This document shows positions 60,423-64,000 of a DNA stretch of 64,000 bases, piece by piece. Every line of letters starts with the position of its first letter. Positions within the stretch are counted from its first letter, which is position 1. The DNA lies in assembly GCA_020054815.1 (NCBI GenBank), contig JAIHAN010000001.1:5836-69835 (forward strand), written 5' to 3'. A program made the translations under genes and the position numbers. The notes beneath the pieces are model-generated. The model had not been told where the DNA came from, searched no databases, and was given only the letters and a program-made list of their open reading frames with translations. The stretch comes from Peptococcaceae bacterium. GTDB taxonomy: Bacteria > Bacillota > Peptococcia > DRI-13.

Positions 60423-60424
60423 AT

Positions 60425-61504
60425 TTAAAATCCCGTTGCATTCACCAGGCGGCTAAAATTTTCCTGGTCATTGGTATACTTAAGCGCCGTTTCCATAGTT
60501 ACTGCCCCGGAACGCACAAGCTCGCGCAAAGCCATATCCATGGTCTGCATCCCCCAGCGCCCGCCTGTCTGCAGCACAGTCTGAATCTGGTGGGTCTTTC
60601 CTTCCCGGATTAGGTTACGGACCGCAGGAGTGACAATCATTACCTCCGCCGCTAAAACTCTGCCCATGCCATCGGCCCTGGGCAGGAGCTGCTGGGTTAC
60701 GACGCCCTGCAGGGTAGCCGCAAGCTGGACCTTGATCTGTTCCTGCTGGCCGGGTGGAAAGACGTCAATAATCCGGTCCACAGACTGGGCTGCACTGTTG
60801 GTATGGAGGGTGGCAAAGACCAGGTGGCCTGTCTCCGCGGCAGTAATGGCCGTGGCAATAGTCTCCAGGTCCCGCATTTCACCTACCAGGATAACGTCCG
60901 GGTCCTGGCGCAGGCAGGCCCGCAGGGCGCCGGCCAGGGAAAAGGTATCGCTCCCCAGTTCCCTCTGGTCCACTACACTCTTTTGATGCTGGTAAAGATA
61001 CTCGATGGGGTCTTCAATGGTAATGATATGACAGGCCCGCTCCTGGTTGATTTTGTTAATCAGGGCAGCTAAAGTAGTGGATTTGCCGCTGCCTGTTGGT
61101 CCCGTGACCAGTACCAGCCCATTGGTTTTATCGGCCAGACCCACTACAGCCTGGGGAACCCCTAGGCTCTCCAGGGAAGGAATCTGGTAAGGCACAGGCC
61201 GCAGAGCCAGGCTCACACAGCCCCGCTGGCGGTATATATTAACCCTGAATCTCCCCACGCCAGGCAGAGAATAAGAAAAATCCAGTTCTCCTTTTTGCTG
61301 CCAGGCTTCCATTTGTTCCGAATTCATGAGGATTTCCGCCGCTTTTAGCGTGTCTTCCCTTTTTAAGGGCACGTTTTCTTCTCCTTCCGGCACCCATCTC
61401 TTCAACTGACCATTAATACGAAACATGGGATAAGCGCCTACGGAGAGGTGAATATCTGAAGCCCCAGCTTTAACCGCACTCTTTAATAATTCTATAACAT
61501 CCAT
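60425..61504 (-). CDS. pilT: Type IV pilus retraction ATPase
   Basis: ASDIHL, GPTGSGKST, LRQDPD, AETGHLV, AVRNLIRE. Confidence 0.96.
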   Translation of the reverse strand: MDVIELLKSAVKAGASDIHLSVGAYPMFRINGQLKRWVPEGEENVPLKREDTLKAAEILMNSEQMEAWQQKGELDFSYSLPGVGRFRVNIYRQRGCVSLALRPVPYQIPSLESLGVPQAVVGLADKTNGLVLVTGPTGSGKSTTLAALINKINQERACHIITIEDPIEYLYQHQKSVVDQRELGSDTFSLAGALRACLRQDPDVILVGEMRDLETIATAITAAETGHLVFATLHTNSAAQSVDRIIDVFPPGQQEQIKVQLAATLQGVVTQQLLPRADGMGRVLAAEVMIVTPAVRNLIREGKTHQIQTVLQTGGRWGMQTMDMALRELVRSGAVTMETALKYTNDQENFSRLVNATGF

Positions 61505-61507
61505 CTG

Positions 61508-63202
61508 TTATCTCCCTTCTTCCCAGTAGGCCACCCGTAAGACCTCCTGAACAGTGGTAGCGCCTTGCAGTATCTTTTCCACTCCATCCATATAGAGGTC
61601 TTCCATTCCCTGGGCCATGGCCAGTTCCTTAATTTTTTCGGCTGAAGTCTTACGCAGTATCAATTCTTGTATCCCGGCATTAACAACCAGCAGCTCATGG
61701 AGCGCCAGCCGTCCTTTATAACCCGTAAAACCACACTGGGCACAACCCTTTCCACGTTTCAGCCTTAAAGGCTGTTCATCGGGTATTTTTAAAAACAGGC
61801 GTTCCTGGGTCCCGGGGGGAACGTCATATTCTTCCCGGCAGTAAGGACAGTTGCGCCTCACCAGTCTCTGAGCCACAATACCCACAACAGAGGAAGCCAC
61901 TAAAAATGGCTCTACTTCCATATCCAACAGCCTGGTAACAGCTCCTGCCGCATCATTGGTATGTAATGTACTGAAAACCAGGTGTCCGGTGGTGGCAGCC
62001 CGTACGGCAATGCTGGCAGTCTCTTTGTCTCTTATCTCTCCTACCATGATCACGTCGGGGTCCTGGCGTAATATAGAGCGCAGGCCTGAAGCGAAATCCA
62101 GGCCGGCTTTAACGTTGGTCTGTACCTGGATAATTCCCGGTAAAATATATTCTACCGGGTCTTCGATGGTAACGATGTTGCGGCCCACCTGGTTAATCTC
62201 GCCCAGGGAGGCATAGAGGGTCGTCGTTTTCCCGCTTCCCGTGGGGCCTGTCAAAAGGATCATCCCATAAGGAGAAGCCAAAACATTTTTGAACTTTTCC
62301 AGGAGCTTGGGCCGGAAACCTAATTGTTCTAAGCTTAAGAACTGATTCTCCTTATCTAAAAGGCGAATCACTATTTTTTCCCCAAAAATAGAAGGCAAGG
62401 ATGACACCCGCAAATCAATATTTCTCGTGCCATATTTAATCATAATGCGTCCATCCTGGGGCAAACGCTTTTCCGCAATGTCCATTTCCGCCATAATCTT
62501 TAACCGGGATATCATAGGGGGATGAATATTTTTAGAAAGTGTCATGGCTTCCCGCAAAACCCCATCCACCCGCAGTCTTACCCTGAGGTCATGCTCCCGG
62601 GGTTCAATGTGAATATCACTGGCCCCCTCTTTGACCGCAGTTTGTAAAATAGTATTAACGGCTTTGATCACCGGAGCGTCATCTGTGCTGGTACTCCCCT
62701 GGTCGATGTTAAAAAAACTAACTGTTTCCGTCTTGCTGCTCTCATAGGCACTTTTCAGTTCTTCAGGCAAACCATAATAACGCTGAATGGCAAGTTCTAT
62801 TTCCCTTTCTGTGGCAATGCCCGCTTCCACCTCTAACCCCAAGGCCAGTTCCAGGTCCTGGATGGCTACCAGGTTTAAAGGATCGCTCATAGCTACCAGT
62901 ACCTTGGTCCCCTGGACGCCCACGGGGAAAATCTTATGTCTCCGTACCAGTGATTCAGGTGTTTTCTCCAGCAAAGCTTTATCGGGAGTCAGGCGGTGCA
63001 GGTAGAGACGGGGAATCCCTAACTGGAATTCCAGAGTAGTAATGATTTGTTCTTCAGTGGCAATATTATTTTCCGTCAATACTGTGCCCAATCTTTTGCC
63101 GCTGCTTCTTTGGATCTCCAGGGCTTTTTGCAATTGTTCCTGGGTTATCACATTGGCTTCCACCAAAAGGTCGCCTAAGCGTTTTCTTTCACGGGGTATC
63201 AT
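61508..63202 (-). CDS. pilB: Type IV pilus assembly ATPase with an MshEN-like N-terminus
   Basis: RLGDLLV...LQKALEIQ...RLG; ASDIHIEP, GPTGSGKTT, CPYC...CAQC. Confidence 0.95.
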   Translation of the reverse strand: MIPRERKRLGDLLVEANVITQEQLQKALEIQRSSGKRLGTVLTENNIATEEQIITTLEFQLGIPRLYLHRLTPDKALLEKTPESLVRRHKIFPVGVQGTKVLVAMSDPLNLVAIQDLELALGLEVEAGIATEREIELAIQRYYGLPEELKSAYESSKTETVSFFNIDQGSTSTDDAPVIKAVNTILQTAVKEGASDIHIEPREHDLRVRLRVDGVLREAMTLSKNIHPPMISRLKIMAEMDIAEKRLPQDGRIMIKYGTRNIDLRVSSLPSIFGEKIVIRLLDKENQFLSLEQLGFRPKLLEKFKNVLASPYGMILLTGPTGSGKTTTLYASLGEINQVGRNIVTIEDPVEYILPGIIQVQTNVKAGLDFASGLRSILRQDPDVIMVGEIRDKETASIAVRAATTGHLVFSTLHTNDAAGAVTRLLDMEVEPFLVASSVVGIVAQRLVRRNCPYCREEYDVPPGTQERLFLKIPDEQPLRLKRGKGCAQCGFTGYKGRLALHELLVVNAGIQELILRKTSAEKIKELAMAQGMEDLYMDGVEKILQGATTVQEVLRVAYWEEGR

Positions 63203-63227
63203 GGAACCACTCCTTCCCTCCCTTCTT

Positions 63228-63254
63228 CTTCGACAGCAAACAGCAAATTCCTCT
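63228..63254 (-). promoter_or_regulatory. Sigma-H-like promoter of the pilB operon with overlapping 0A box
   Basis: AGAGGA-N17-GAAG; TGTCGAA at 63229-63235. Confidence 0.5.
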
Positions 63255-63294
63255 CATTTATGATTTTTATGGAAAAAGAAAAGAGCCTTGCGGC

Positions 63295-63843
63295 TCAAAT
63301 TTTGCATTCTTTATCATCCTGTTTTTGGGACTCGTATTTTTCCAGGAAAGCCAGTATTTTTTCAATTACTTCGTGAAAATCCAGGTTAGAGGTATCAATA
63401 TGAACGTCTGCACATTTATATAATTCTTCCCGCTGTTTCATGAGTTCTACAATGGTTTCGTAAAGATCCCCTTTTTTTAAAAGAGGTCTGTTATTGCGCC
63501 TTTTCACCCTTTCATAAATAACCTGAGGGTGGGCGGAAAGACAGATGATAATTCCTTTTTCCGCCAGCATCTCGATATTCTCCTTATCCAAAACCATACT
63601 TCCGCCGGTGGCAATCACACAGTTTTCTTTTTGGGAAAGCCTTTTAATAGCCAGCTGCTCCTCGGAGCGGAAACGCACTTCTCCATATTTGGCAAACAGC
63701 TGGGGAATAGTCATATTTGTTACAGCTTCAACTTCCTGATCTGTATCATAAAACTCCTTATTTAACACCGCGGCCAGTCTTTTACCCACAGCCGTTTTAC
63801 CGGTACCCATAAAACCCACCAGTACGATATTCGTTTTCATCAT
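63295..63843 (-). CDS. aroK: Shikimate kinase
   Basis: GFMGTGKT, D.D, GE..FR..E, IATGG, RPLL. Confidence 0.95.
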   Translation of the reverse strand: MMKTNIVLVGFMGTGKTAVGKRLAAVLNKEFYDTDQEVEAVTNMTIPQLFAKYGEVRFRSEEQLAIKRLSQKENCVIATGGSMVLDKENIEMLAEKGIIICLSAHPQVIYERVKRRNNRPLLKKGDLYETIVELMKQREELYKCADVHIDTSNLDFHEVIEKILAFLEKYESQKQDDKECKI

Positions 63844-63881
63844 CTCACCTGCCTTGTCTTCTGTCAGTCATATGAAAAAAA

Positions 63882-63998
63882 TCATTCTCCTTCTATTTGT
63901 TTAACCCTTAACCTGGTACGAAAAAATCCTAAAAGCCCCCTGCTCTGTTCCTCCCACAATTTCTCTTCTATCTCGTTTTTGGCCCGCTTTAAGTTTTG
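63882..63998 (-). CDS. 3' end of an unidentified CDS entering the window
   Basis: Open frame QNLKRAKNEIEEKLWEEQSRGLLGFFRTRLRVKQIEGE* from the window edge. Confidence 0.4.
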   Translation of the reverse strand, partial: QNLKRAKNEIEEKLWEEQSRGLLGFFRTRLRVKQIEGE

Positions 63999-64000
63999 TA

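Noticed and set aside
52664-63202. Diversity-generating retroelement or shufflon acting on pilins
   Set aside because: No reverse transcriptase, no TR/VR-like ~100-nt duplication noticed, no silent pilin cassettes and no adjacent invertase in the window.

Overview
This 64 kb window is core chromosome from a spore-forming, probably anaerobic, monoderm Bacillota (Clostridia/Peptococcaceae-like by gene order; inference). Almost all genes are on the - strand. In transcription order: aroK; a type IV pilus/competence-like operon (pilB-pilT-pilC-pilA-pilD-minor pilins-comFB-pilMNO); tldD-pmbA; aroQ-pepP-efp; spoIIIAA-AH; asp23-amaP-DUF2273-nusB-TsaD paralogue; nfnAB; folD-xseAB-ispA-dxs-tlyA-ybaK; a membrane-anchored PD-(D/E)xK nuclease; nadK-argR-recN-spoIVB-spo0A; a steA-steB-GT2-MraY-like-DUF3866 cluster; nudF-endoQ-spoIIM; an alanine symporter; xerD-deoB-pdp-dacF-spoIIAA/AB-sigF-spoVA. 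I found no rRNA, tRNA, CRISPR, transposase or prophage. The most striking unexplained signal is a set of composite arrays built from blocks of about four degenerate 7-mers (36550-36704, 41774-41822, 56681-56744, 60226-60422). Three of them reuse the same heptamer families in conserved order. One sits in frame inside a prepilin leader and is inverted relative to another across the pilC-pilA-pilD segment. Two 40-aa ORFs absent from the ORF track were found (an MciZ homologue and a hydrophobic peptide divergent from dacF), plus many sigma-H/E/F/G-like promoters. All product calls come from motif recognition and synteny, not database searches.
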